Source: Chiloscyllium plagiosum (lineage: Eukaryota). Taken from it: a DNA stretch of 64,000 nucleotides. The notes under the pieces were generated by a model, which saw only the letters and a program-made list of their open reading frames with translations, had not been told where the DNA came from and did not search any database. Each line of letters begins with the position of its first letter. Positions within the stretch are counted from its first letter, which is position 1. The translations under genes and the position numbers were made by a program. The stretch lies in contig NC_057719.1 of assembly GCF_004010195.1 (NCBI RefSeq), positions 27,835,458-27,899,457 on the forward strand. Reading direction: 5' to 3'. This document shows positions 11,394-24,665 of the stretch, piece after piece.

Positions 11394-11721
11394 CTTCAAG
11401 AAATCAAAATAGTTAGTGTAATCGTATTAACACAAATCCCTCCAACAGTCATACTTTAACAAAAAAAGGCTGTGTATTGGAGCACACTACATTTACTTTG
11501 ACTACACAGTGCTAGAATCCAGGCAAAGCAAAGCACACAGCTTATCAGTCAGCTTCACTTTTACGTAGGGAAATAGTTATATTTTAAAGGGCTCATTCCT
11601 ACTGAGAACTGAAATGAGATTTAACTTCATTCATAAGACCCTCAAAAAATTTATTCCACAGTGGTAAAGATTACAGTGGAGCATCAGGGTGACTGATCTT
11701 TAGAATAGCATGGAAACATCT

Positions 11722-12318
11722 TAGAGGAATCCTTATTATCCGAATGAGACGGGCGGGCATTATTTCGGATAATCAATTATTCGGTTAATCGATTCAATGC
11801 CTTTCCTCTGGGGCAAGGAGTTTTCTGTGAAGGAAATGAGACAGCTGCACACCGCGCGCGAGTCCCTGTCCCCCACCCACCCCCATCCCATCTCCGGGGC
11901 AGCCAGACTGGACACCAACAACAAGACTACTGTTGCTGTAGTTGGGACATTAGTCTCCAAATAGTAAGTGTACACACACACAACTTTTTACTGCAACTCT
12001 TTGACAGGTTCCGCCATTGCTCTGTACAGGACAATGTTGGAGAGATTATCGGGCAAGGTGGGGGGTTAGGGTACATCCCTGTGTAGAACTCCATGGAAAG
12101 TGGAGGGGGGGGGCGGGGGCGGGTGGTCACTCATTTGGAGACGGTAGCACTTCTCGGCAGCACTTCAGTAAGCAGATTTCGTTTTTAATCATTGTAAACA
12201 AAAGATGCCATCAGTGTTGCAAACACGTCTCATGTAATCTTTTTATCAGGACATGGAGATCTCCTTCGGATGATCCGATATTCGGATAATTGATACTTGG
12301 ATAGTGGAGGTTCCTCTG
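11722..12318. mobile_element. Non-autonomous Tc1/pogo (Tigger-like) DNA transposon
   Basis: Imperfect TIRs AGAGGAATCCTTATTATCCGAA / TTGGATAGTGGAGGTTCCTCTG followed by TA. Repeated TTATCCGAA subterminal motifs and retained CpGs. Confidence 0.7.
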
Positions 12319-12479
12319 TATTTGGGTATAATTAACAAATCAAAAGGGAGCACCCATGATGAACTACAGCTGGGGAAAGCATCAAATACAAAGAAATAAC
12401 ATAACTCTGCAAAGGTGAATGGCAGGTCAGATGATTGATCAGAGACAAAGAATTGCAGCCGACTGAAAAGTTTACATTG

Positions 12480-14170
12480 GGGGAAGAGAGAAGGAAGGGA
12501 AGTTAGCTAGGAATGAAAAAAATGGATAGCAAGATTTTGTACAGATACATGAAAAGGAAAAAAATTTAGGATGTTGGTTCTCCAGAAAATGAGGCACCAA
12601 CAGTAGATACAATGATGGATGAAATGAACAAATATTTTGGCTCAGTCTTCACTACAGAAAAGACAAAATTCCAGTAATAGCCATAAATCAGGAATGTAAG
12701 GGAGAGAACTTAGTGTGAAATTACAATAATGCGGGAAATGATACTGAGCAAACTGAAAGAAGCTGCAGGTCTAAATAGATTTTACCCCTCTGGTTTTAAA
12801 AGATGTTTCCACAAAGGTAGTAGGTGCATTGATAATTTTTCAAAATTCCCTTGATGCAGAAAAATGTTTTTGGTACTGGAAAACAGCAAACATAACCCCT
12901 CTAATCAAGAGGGAGCAGAGACCAGAAATGACAGGTCAGTTAGCTTGACTTCTGTCATGGGGAAAATGTTAAATTAATTATTACACAGATTATAGATGTG
13001 CCAACTGGAAAAATTCAAGGTAATAGTGAAGTCCTTACGGTTTGCTCAAAGAGAATTTGTTTAATAAATGTACTTGAGTTCTTGGAGTAACTTGCCATGG
13101 ATAAAAGGGAGCATGGGGACGTACAGAAGGATTTCCCGAAGGCATCTGATAAGGTGCCACGCCATGGTTTAGATAACTGAAAGATCCTGAATGGTCTTGG
13201 CAAGGTGGATATAGAAAGGATCTTACCTCCTGTGGGTCAACCCAGATCTAGAGAGCATTGTTTTAAAATTAGGGTAACCCTTTCAGGAACGCAGCAAATC
13301 GGGGCAGGACCTATATACTCAATGGCAGGGTTCTTTGCCAAATAAAGAGACCTCAAGGTGCAGGTTCATAGTTTTTTGAAGGTGGAGGCACGTGGGGTAG
13401 TAAAGGCAGCGTTTAGGATAGTTGTCTTTATTTTTCAGTGCATTGGCTATAGAAGTTGGGATGTCATGTTGCGACTGTACAGGACAAAGATGTGCCAGGG
13501 TTGGAGGGTTTAAGCTATAGGGAGGGCTAAATAGGATGGGGCTGTTTTCCCCTTCAGAGTCTGAGGTGGACAGGTGACTTTCTATGGTTTTTAAAATCAT
13601 GAGCATGAATAGGGTGAACAACCAAAGTCTTTTCCCTTGGGTAGAGAAATCCAAAACTAGAGGGCACAGGTTTAAGATGAGAGGGAAAAAGATTTAAAGA
13701 GACCTAAAGAGCAAACTTTTTCACACTAAACTAGTGCATGTTTGTAATCAACTGCCTGAAGAAGTGAAGGAGGTTGGTACAATTACAACATTTGAAAAAG
13801 CATTTGGGTGGATATATGAATAGGAAGGGTTTTAAGAGGAACATGGGCTAAAATATTAGTGAATGGAACTAGATTAATTTAGGATATCTGGTTGGCATGG
13901 ACAAGTTGGACTGAAGTGTTGTTCTGTGCTATACAACTGGGATGAGCATTGAGGGGCTTTGGAACTCTGTCACCACCACCTTTGAGGCAGTCATTGAATA
14001 TTTTAAAAACTAAAGTGGAGAGATTGTTAACTGGGGGAGTGAAGGATTGTCAGGGGTTAAATGGAACATGGAATTTGAAGCACAAATAGATAAACCACAA
14101 TAGTCTTGAGTGATAGAGCAGGTACAAGTGGCTAAATTGTCTACTTCTGCTTCAACTTTGCATATTGCTG
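12480..14170 (+). mobile_element. L2/CR1 LINE fragments with a nested CR1 3' end (about 13280-13940)
   Basis: Degenerate RT motifs, and a 3' tail like the one at 62798-63531. Confidence 0.7.
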
Positions 14171-14892
14171 ATGCCACAGACCAGATGGTATTTCTGCACT
14201 CATTCATGAACACCAGTCACAGCAAAAGTAGACCAGGTCAAATTAAATGTTGTAGTCTGTCTGCAACAAAAGGCTCAAAATAAATTGAGGCAGAGGAAAC
14301 TATTTAAACTCAAGCATGGAAAATAGGGCATTTTAGAAATAATGATGAAAAAATTAATGATAATATATGGGAAAAATGCAATAAGCTAACACAATTGCAC
14401 ACAATATTAACAGAAAAAGGAAATTTAAAAGATTTAGATGGCAGTCACATTTTGAACGAGACAGTTATGGAGATGCCTTGTCCCAGAATAGGAAACAGAA
14501 TACAGGACAGCAATTATTTATAGTTAATGTCCAAATAAGTCAAAACACAAAAGGGATGAACTGCAGTTTAAGCTCTTCCCCCAACCACACTGGGCTCCAT
14601 TATTTAAGAAAGAAAAGAGATTGAATAAAGTGCAATTTATGTGGACAAGCACTTTACATTTACTTGCAGTCAAAGTCAATAAGAGTCACATTTGCGCTCA
14701 TCTCAAATGTTTCACATTGTGGCTTTGGAAAGATAGGGGAGTAAATCATAACAGGATACAATCATTACAGTACTTATGGTTATACTATTGTTAAATGGGC
14801 ATTCCCTAAATAGAAAATGCTTGCAAGAGTGACCAGCACCATTGTAATCAAAGAAATATCTATGGAAATCTTAAAATTTGTAGCAACATTAC

Positions 14893-15329
14893 CTTTTGCT
14901 GTAAGCAAGCAATGCCTTCACAGGAGACAAGGAACTTTGTGGACGTGAAATATCTGTCTGCTGAGTGAGCAGTCCTTTTTGGATTCCAGTTCGGACAGGT
15001 GAAGTTGTTCTGTTGCTTTTCTTATCTTGTAATGAACTTGAGCCATTATCCCTTTCAATCGTGTGCGGGGTTGACAAAGGTTTTGTTGCAGCTGAAGACT
15101 TATCATTTTTCCCTGTGTTTTTTAAAACTGAGATGTATTTGTTGGGAGTGCCGTTAACAGATGTCCCAGCCTCTGAGAAGATGTCAATCATTGCATTCAC
15201 GTTTGGTGTACTGGTAGGGGTGGTTTGACAATCAGAAAGTGGTGAAAGTTGATCCAGTGATCGAAGCTGAAAGTCATCATCCATTGGGATGTAAGGAGCC
15301 AACATCTCCAGATCCAAGTTATCAATGTC
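14893..15329 (-). CDS. HIF1A: HIF1A exon 12, C-ODD with P555 (human P564)
   Basis: actag|GACATT...AAAAG|gtaatg, 437 nt. [30 protein letters not shown]; Pro codon at 15294-15296. Confidence 0.95.
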
Positions 15330-16261
15330 CTAGTTAAATGAATCATTACATTAACAAGTAGCCAGACATAATTAAAGACTGCATGAAAGAGGTATTCTTT
15401 TCAATTTTGGACGTAATTTATACAAGTAAATTTTGAATGTTTTAACCAAATGAATTATACTAGCAAACCAAATTCAGTTATTTTTACAATCTCTATATTT
15501 ATAGTAGAGGTTTACACAACAAATACTTAAATTATCTTAATTTTGTGCAATAAATTGCCAAACTCTAGTGAAAGGTTTGACTGAATGTAACAGGGATATT
15601 CTTATTGCAATATCATTGAAACATTTATTTAAACTGAAATGCTGTGTTATCTAGTGTCAGGGGTCATCATAGAATAATCTTTAAATTGCAAAAATTAGTG
15701 AGTTTAGTTAAAGCTGAAACAAAACTGAAAACAAATTTGATAATGGATCTGTCCTTAAGATTGTTGACATGATTAGGTGAAATGATGCAAGCTTGCCAAA
15801 CCTTTTATGGAGGCTGCATGTATTCATTTAAAATAATTTTTTTCTTTATTTTTATTCCATGGTTTGACAATGGATAAAGGGAGGCAAATAAGCTAGATCC
15901 ATAAAGTAAATGTTTATACAGCATAACGGTGTGCTGGGAGAAACAAAAATGTTTCTTTCTGACCCAATAAACTACTCAAAGTACATTCCTGTACACATTT
16001 ACCAAATACTGTAATTTTTCTGTGCCTCCCTATTTGTTCTGTATTTAACAGGTTCTTGAGCCAAAATTTACAGAACCAAATTCATATTTTATGCTGGAAA
16101 AAAACTCTAGTGTAGGGAAACATATACTATTAGGTTTCCTTATCTATATCCCAATCTGTGAGATTATTTTATTAATGCACCATGGTATAATACAGCTGAA
16201 ATCAAAAGTTGCCCTTTATATTTAATACACAAATCTCCTATGAAGAACCGTCACATCATAC

Positions 16262-16384
16262 CTGAACAGAGAATGGGTGTTTGGCCTCTGGGTCAATTGC
16301 GAAAAGCTTTTCCACTATATCCAGTTTGAAATCATTGGAAATGTCTGTGTCGACATTAAAACAGTAATCTGAAGGGCTGCTTGG
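16262..16384 (-). CDS. HIF1A: HIF1A exon 11, N-TAD start
   Basis: cacag|CCAAGC...GTTCAG|gtatga, 123 nt, symmetric phase 0. [41 protein letters not shown]. Confidence 0.95.
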
Positions 16385-17170
16385 CTGTGAAAATAAGTAA
16401 TACAATGCAGTCCAATGGTTTATTTATAAATCTAATCAGGAACTATACAGCACAGAACCGTAACTCTAAGGCTCTTGGGGGGAAGTGGTAGTTTCTTTCC
16501 CTCGGAGCCACAAACCCTGGGTTCCACATCCCATCTGCTCCAAAAGGTATTTAATAACAGATCTCAATGGGTTAGAAAATATCTACGGCCTAAACTTTAA
16601 AATTCAAATATGGACTTTTTCTGTTGCAGTGAGGGCAACAAATTGTTGGGCTTTGTGCTACTTTCCTAATGCTGCCATCCAGCTCTTCATAATTGCCAAG
16701 TTAATACTCGCAGTAAGGGGGAGGTTTAAAAGAATGCAATCAACCCTGCCCTCATATATTCATTTCATTGCAAGCATGAAGGTACAGCACACACCAAAGG
16801 CTACAGACTTTTATAATTTAAGGATAGACAATTACATGGTGGTAATGTTATTTACAGGGCTAGACTAATGCTCTGGTGACATAGGTTCAAATGACAATGA
16901 ATCACAATAATGGTGACCATGAAATCATCATTGATTATCATAAAATCAGGTTCACTAATATTCTGTGGGGGCAAAACAACTACCACTTTTATCTGGTCCA
17001 GTCTATGTGATTCTAAATCCATAGAAACAGTAAAGCAAGGCTCCCAATTCAAGGGCAATTAGGGATGGAAATAAATGATGGCCTTGAGTGATGTACACAT
17101 CCCATGACAACTTTTAAAAATTGATGTTAAAAAACTGAGTTGTTTTACAAACATTTAATAAGAGACTTAC

Positions 17171-17442
17171 TTGCGGTGAATTCTGACTGGTGCAAGGACA
17201 GGAAGAGCTGTTTGACTGCTCATTCATTTGTGGAATGGCAAATGAAAATTCCATTGACTCTTGATTTGTTTCAAGCTTGATGATGGATTCCAAATTCAAG
17301 GCTGGGTCTGTGCTACTGCATAGTGGCTTTTTTGCATCAGATGGAGGCAGAGGTGACAGTGCTATGTCTACAGTCTTCTGGTTTGTGGAGGAGGGCAACA
17401 TAACATCATTGTAGAGTGGGACCTCATTAAACTGCTGCATTT
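17171..17442 (-). CDS. HIF1A: HIF1A exon 10, ODD
   Basis: ttcag|AAATGCAG...CCGCAA|gtaagt, 272 nt. EVPLYNDVMLPSS...LSPLP...DPALN. Confidence 0.92.
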
Positions 17443-19493
17443 CTGAATTCAAAAAAAGTTAATTTTACAATCTTATTGAGTCTATAAATTCTTATTCATC
17501 CTGTCAACAACCAAGTTCTCAAATCTGAACAAACTAAATCCTGACTGTAGTCTCGTGAATTTGAAGCTAATTAAAATGACACAATGATGAAAAAGCAATT
17601 TAGAATACACATCCCTTTAAGTTGAATACTGTGAATCTGAACGTAAAGCTCTTTCACTATTCCTTCATTAAGTATTGATCCTTCAACCAAAATAATTAAT
17701 CAATCATCTGGCCATTATTGCTCTGAGATCTTGCTTGACTACCAATTTTTCTTGAAGTTAAACTGCTATTGTAAACTAAGAACAGTGCATATGAATAGTG
17801 CCTTTATATCTCTGGAGGTCATGAAATTTGCAATAAATGCAAATTTTCTTTCATTCAATATCTTTACAATATAGTTGAAGGGCACTAACTGGTTTCCAGT
17901 TTGAATAAGATTTTCATTCATCAAGTTTAATCCTGTAGAGATGTTCTGCTAGTTTGGGACTTCTGAATTGGGAAAAGCTTTGGGAACACTTGAAATTTCC
18001 CATGGCTCCACTGTAGAAATTATAAGTACATACTTTCTATAACCTATATTCAACTTTACAGAAGCTAGCAGATTTGTGGCCAATGAAGCAAAAAGGTGTG
18101 AATGCAAAGGAAAGTAGGACATACGCCAAATGAGAGAAATAGAACTGAACATGAGAACCAAAAGTACAAATTAAAAAATATTAAAAAGCACTGAAGAAAA
18201 ACAGGATGAAAATCTTCTTTCAATCCTTCTCAGCTCTGCATGCAAGCTGGGACAGCAGTTATTAACTGGATGTTTTTCCATGATAATCAAACCCAATCTC
18301 ATTCTCAAATTTAAAACTAAACATTTCTATCAAGGCTTACTAAATAGTATCTACAAGGATGAAGCTTTTCTTCTTCACACCATGAAGCTAATTCAGCAAA
18401 AACTAGATATTTGACCTTTCAAACACACAGGCCTCGTCATTTATTTGCTACCAGAAATATCATTTTTTGATTTGTCAGTATGGTTTGTACCTCAATTGCT
18501 GCACCCTCAAAAGTTCAATCTTGCTCCCTGTTCCATCATGAATAAACATCAGGTCATGTTGCATACACATACCAAAGGTGTCCAGCTTTTCCCCTCTATT
18601 TACCATGCTAAAGACTACAACTGTTAACTCTTCAGGCTGATCTCTCAGGCATAAGGTTTGAATGAGCTGAATAGCCCTCTGTTTAATAATGCTAATCTTG
18701 TCCCAGTTTTACTCAATTTCATGCCTTAGCTAAATTTAATCATTTAACTGTTTCTTGCAGGTCAATTTTAATGGTGAGCAGAATTGTGGTTTCCCATCAT
18801 GGCACGTTTAATGCTGCGCAGATTCTCAAAGTACTTGTCATTTCACGCTGAACATCTTCAATGCTGTCACCAATGTTAAGATCTACGCTGACAAACCTTT
18901 AGTCCAATTCATCCACCACGATGTTATATTTAATTTGCCTTAATACTCTATTCCTACTCACTCTCATCTGTTTCTCAACACACCTAACTGAATTTCCTTT
19001 TGAAGGTCTTTTTCTACCAAATCCCAGGAACCTGCTTTATCCCTCCTGATATGTATTCAACTCTAATTTCAGTTAGTTTCTTAATTTATCACACTTCTGA
19101 TGGGCAATCACAACAACAGATTTGAGCCATTACAATCCAGCACTCTGGAACGTTATCCCAACGCTCCTGCAATGTATCCTTCACCACTTTCAGAGGCCAA
19201 TGCAAAACTTACTACTTCAAATTATCCTTCCTAAGGCTGATTATTATTAGTGGTCAATTTCTAATCCCTCTCACAACATAACACTGGGATATTTCACTCT
19301 ATTCAAAGGTGCTATACAAATGCAAGTTGTTAATAATTGCTCGTTTTGTTTCTTCAGACACCGATAAAAGTGTGTTATAATACCTTGGAATTTGAACTAG
19401 ATTCCAAGGTAAGTTTTTTGCAAACACAGTGACTCTTGCAGACATATAGACATGAAACATTCATTAATATGACGCATAGCAACAATTTCCAAC

Positions 19494-19705
19494 CTGAGGG
19501 GCTGAAATCCAGTGAGACAACTGTATCACCAGCAGCTGGTGCAAGTTGAGTTAAAGCCTCTGGTTCCTCTTTCAGTTTGTCAAAAAGGTTATTGGTCTCT
19601 TCATTTGTGGATGAAACAGGATGCTTACTAGGTTCCTCAGGTTTCTCGACAGGTACACATTCAATCTGATCCAGTGAAAGAATCACTTCTTTTTCAACTA
19701 AACCA
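19494..19705 (-). CDS. HIF1A: HIF1A exon 9, N-ODD with hydroxylation target P397 (human P402)
   Basis: ctcag|TGGTTTA...CCCTCAG|gttgga, 212 nt. LFDKLKEEPEALTQLAPAAGDTVVSLDF; Pro codon at 19537-19539. The donor is weak but phase-consistent with exon 10. Confidence 0.9.
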
Positions 19706-19889
19706 CTGAGGGTGGAATAAAAACAGGACAAGTTACCCCCAACAGCCTCATAGAAGATTTCACTAGGTTGGTGCATGTGCAATCACATGTACAATATATA
19801 TTATTGATTATGCAAATGTTATACAAGTTATTTAATTATAATGTGTTAATACTTTCAAAATACATACAAGATCCCCATTAGACACTTAC

Positions 19890-20037
19890 CTCAAAACATA
19901 GTTCACACAGACTATGCACTGAGGCTGGGAGTTTTTGCTGTTGTAGATCACAGTGGCCTGTGTCTCCACCCAAACATAGCCACCTTCTTTGCCCAGCATC
20001 CTGTACTGACCAGTTGTGGCCTGACCTTTAGTAAATA
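19890..20037 (-). CDS. HIF1A: HIF1A exon 8, PAC
   Basis: tttag|TATTT...TTGAG|gtaagt, 148 nt. [48 protein letters not shown]. Confidence 0.95.
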
Positions 20038-20239
20038 CTAAAGCAAGCAAAGTATAAAAAAAGTATTAATTATTATTTATAAGCAGAGCATTTTCAGCTA
20101 AGACTAGCACTTCACAATAGGGAGCACAGACAAGTTACATGTTTATACAGTGCAGTACTCATTAAAGGGAGAGCAAGTACTCAAATGCCACGCATGGAAT
20201 GCTACTAGAAGCCTAAGTGTGCAGCATCAGACTCCACTA

Positions 20240-20497
<258 letters not shown>

Positions 20498-21159
20498 TTA
20501 TATATGCACACAGTAAAAAAAAAAAATCAATTGATGTTCACTATGAAACTGTTATGATGTAAAATAAAGTGCATTTCTTTCATCCATTGTCAGGTTAGAC
20601 ATACTGATCAGAACTTTCTAAGATTAGACTGAGGGAGCATAATTTTTTTTTCAATCAGCGTGTGAATCTATAATTTCAGAATTTACATTCAAAACAATGA
20701 AGACTTTGAGAGAAGGGAAGACTGTTACAAATTATAAAAACTAAGTATTTTCTCCTTCAGCTAGCTCAAGTACTTTAGGAGATTAGTTTTACCTAAATTA
20801 CCTTAGATTTGTTCGTACAAAAGGCTTTATAAAGCTATACAATATGGTACTTTTCTATTCTTCTCCAAATGTTAAGTTTTTAAAAAACAAAACAGCTGAA
20901 AGTATCATTAAATTCCACAACTTTGACTGACAGTTACAGGAGTTTTACTGCTCATGGCACATACAGATGAATAATGAGACAAAGAAGGAAAAACTGTTCA
21001 GGTATGCAATATTTTCACCTAAATTCAATTTCTACTGAAAAATGCAGTTTCAAATCTTATAATTTAGTAGCACGTGCTTAGTGTAATAATATGCAAACAT
21101 AAATGTGCAGGGTTTTACTCCAACATCAGCAATTTTTTGGATATAATTGCTGGCCAAGT

Positions 21160-21490
21160 TGGCAGCATTATCTAGTCAGAAGGCTAAGGGTTCCAAGTTC
21201 CAGTAACTTAGACAAACATCTGCGTGTCACTCCAGTGCAGTACTCCATGGTGCCTTCTTTCAGAAGTGACATTAAACTAAGGCTCCAGGTTCAACTAAAA
21301 GATCTAACAGCATAGGCTCAAATAAAATGACTGAAGTTATCCCAACTGTCCTTTTTCAATAAGTACCTCAAAAAAAAAATGTGAAAAGATTCACTTATTT
21401 GCTACATTTCCTATAACAATGACTACATTTATAATACATTATTACTAATAAAGCATGGGATGTGGTGCTACATAAACTCAAGTCTCCTTT
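21160..21490 (+). mobile_element. Degenerate DeuSINE-like element
   Basis: CACTCCAGTGCAGTACT...GGTGCC..CTTTC.GA...GACATTAAAC resembles the Deu core as I recall it. Confidence 0.5.
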
Positions 21491-22279
21491 AGAATATGCT
21501 TAAGATTTATGGAGAGGACTTAAAAGTGTTAATTTATGAAACAAACTCATTATGTAAAGTGCATATATTTCAGTCCAATGTATAATTCAGTATACAAGTT
21601 TGAAGAGAAATGAATGCAAGTTAAGTTTTTAAATTCTTCAATGGTTATATAACGATACATCAGTTATTTTGTTGAATACAATTAAGTGAATCAGTTTAAA
21701 GCACTCTCCACCTCTACTAACTCATGTGAGAAACAAGCGAATCACCCAAAAACTTACAGAAACAAACTAAAGTAGAAGTCAGGTTTTGATTTTTTGGATA
21801 ATTATTTTTGGAATAATTAGAGACATCGGATAATTGCTGTCTTACTAATTTTAAGCACAGAAATTGTGCGCTACAAGCTCAAAGAAAATATTATAAGCAA
21901 GAGATTGTATTTTCTTCAAAATACCAGTTAGGCTTACAGCAAACTGTTGCCAAGCCAAGAAACCAGATTTAACAAAACATTAGAATAAGTCTTGCCTTTT
22001 CAGCGAAATTAATTTTAAACAGTTTTAACTAATTGCTTTTTGATATTCATCCTTTTGCGTTCCAAATAGTATTTTCATTGAGAAATTATTTTTCTTGTTA
22101 CTACTTTCTTTTTTTCTCTACAGAGAAAAAAAATCTTTATCAGGAGAGAATTTGGGGCATATCTGAATTGTTCACATTAAGACCTTGATAAAGTTTAATT
22201 GAACAATAGGTTTTTACCCCATCAGACAGAAAAACTTAAAATGTAGAATGGAAAATGTTTCCAATGTCACACAACTCAC

Positions 22280-22482
22280 CTCTCATCACAATAAGAAAAC
22301 TTCATATCCAGGCTATGACGACTCAGAAATGTCTTGCTATCCAGTGGTACCTCTATGTTGGAGGGGTGTGGAATAGGTTCACAGATCAAAATCAGACAGG
22401 TCATGGGTGGCTCTTTGTAACCACAATGGGTCTGCTCATTACTGGATTTGTATACTCTAATATGTCCTGTGCAATGTAGGAC
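22280..22482 (-). CDS. HIF1A: HIF1A exon 6, PAS-A end / PAS-B start
   Basis: tttag|GTCCTA...GAGAG|gtgagt, 203 nt. [11 protein letters not shown]...[34 protein letters not shown]. Confidence 0.95.
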
Positions 22483-23109
22483 CTAAAGATGATAATGAAA
22501 GTTAGTTTTTGTAGTTCCCAGGGTTTTAAGCACCCCATTAACTAAGTAATTTAGTAACATTTGTGAAGCAGATTACAATATGTCTTGATCAGAATTTTTG
22601 CTTGTCAGTAAGAACCTTCTTTTAAAAAAACAAAAGAAACTTGTTGCTTCCTATACAAGAACTACTAAGATCCTCTCTTTAACTCTAATGTCATAGAACT
22701 TAGATCAGTCTGTATCAGTTCATGAAGTTCTTAGGCAGTTTTAGGGAAGCAGTAACTCTTCACATACGAGGAAATATCAACTTAACCCCAGCATCTGCTA
22801 TAGAATCTCTTCCACCAGCTCATCAAGTAATAATTGTTCTTGACATTTCAAGGCGAAGGAATACTTTCAACTCATTCCTAACTTAGACAAATCAATGAAC
22901 TGGATTTTACTTTGTCAAATCACTACATTGTTTATTCAGAAAATGAATTCCTAACCTCACTTGTTACTTTTCAGCAAGGGACATTAAATAATAACCAAGA
23001 GTCAATCTTGGGTAATTTTCATTCCTTGATGTCTTAAACAATCAAAATAATGGTAGAGTTTTACAATTTGCTCATCTGAAACCAGAGATTAAAATCCAGT
23101 TTAGGAATT

Positions 23110-24665
23110 AATCAGTACGCTAGCTACAAAGAATGAAATGCTGGAGGAGTTGAGATGAGTGAGGGAATTTATGGAAAGGAGGCATTGCTATGTCTTTTTT
23201 GCCTTACTGCTTCCACAGGAGGCATTAACGCATAAATAGACCAGGCGTTACAGTTCAGAAAGTGACGTGGAACCAATGGGAGCAGCTAATTGGTGAGTAA
23301 ATCCTGGTGGGTTTTTACAAATTATTATCTTGTAAATCTTTAAGCAAGGGTAGGGCCTGACTTGGCTTTGTTTTTAGAAAAGTCTATGAAGGTTCAGACA
23401 TGGCAGGAGAGCTCAAAGCCATGGTCTGCTCCTCTTGCTCCACACGAGAGGCTGTGCACATTTCTAGTGCGCGGGACAAGCATGTGTGCTGAAAGCGTGG
23501 GTTTCGGAGCTGGAATGTGGCTGGGGACACAGTAGAGCATCTGCAAGTCTGACGCATTGTGAATAGCATGTTCAGAGAGGCAGTCACACCGCAGAAAAAG
23601 TGGCCAGAAGGAAGGAAGGACATGGGTGACTGTGTGGAGGGGTGGATCAGTTTGCGGATGACACAAAGTTTGGTCAGGTGGTTAACAAAGCAGCCATCTG
23701 TCAGCACCTTCTATCAAATTAGTCTGCATCCCAAGTACATTAAACTTATCATGAAGGCAAAGTAGGACCTTGTTTAAGCCTTGGCTGAAATCCATATAAA
23801 CTGCATCTAGTGAAAAATGCAGTTTCAAATCTTATAATTTAGTAGCACGTTCTTAGTGTAATAATATGCAAACATAAATGTGCAGGGTTTTACTCCAACA
23901 TCAGCAATTTTTTGGGTATAAGTGCTGGCCAAGTTGGCAGCATTATCTAGTCAGAAGGCTAAGGGTTCCAAGTTCCAGTAACTTAGACAAACATCAACTG
24001 CACCCTCGTTGAGTATCATAGGTTCCAAGAAGATATGAAGGGGTTGGTCAAATAGGCAGTTAAGTGACCGATGGAATTCAACCCTGAAAAGTGTGATTTG
24101 ATACACTTTGGAAGGAATAATTTGACAAGGACAGCACGACATTAGGAAATTCTGTGGAACAAAGGGACCTTGGTGTGTTTGTCCACAGATCACTGAAGGT
24201 GGAAGGGAATGTGGAACAGTTGCCTTTATCAATCATGACATAAATTACAACAGTAGAGAAGTCATGATAGAATATTGGTAAACTACAGAGTACTGTATGC
24301 AGGTCACCACATTACAGTAAAGATATGATTGCACTGCAGGAGGTGCAGACTGATGGAAAATTTCAGTTGACAAATGTTGTGATAGGCTTCAGCTGTATTT
24401 GTTGGAGCAGAGAAGTTTAAGTGGCATTCTGATTCTGGTGTACAAGAGCAGAATAAGGTGCAACTGCTCCCTTAGTTGAAGGGTTAGTTACAAGGGGACA
24501 TAGGTTCAATGGTTTTTTTTTGAGGGAGTGGGGTATAACATGAAGAAAAAAAACTTATTTTATCCTGAGGGCAGCAGCGGTCTGGAATGCGCTGCCTTGG
24601 AGGGTAGAGGTGAGTTGCATCACATGCTTTAAAACGTACCCCAATGAGCACCTCACACAGTATAA
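23110..24665 (+). mobile_element. Rearranged CR1 LINE fragments, including a 5' ORF1 zinc-finger start
   Basis: MAGELKAMVCSSC...HVC..K from 23400; RT/3' remnants at 24020-24660. Confidence 0.65.
23806..23995 (+). repeat. 190-bp direct copy of 21031-21220
   Basis: 4 mismatches and no indels by eye; inserted into a CR1 fragment. Confidence 0.93.
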
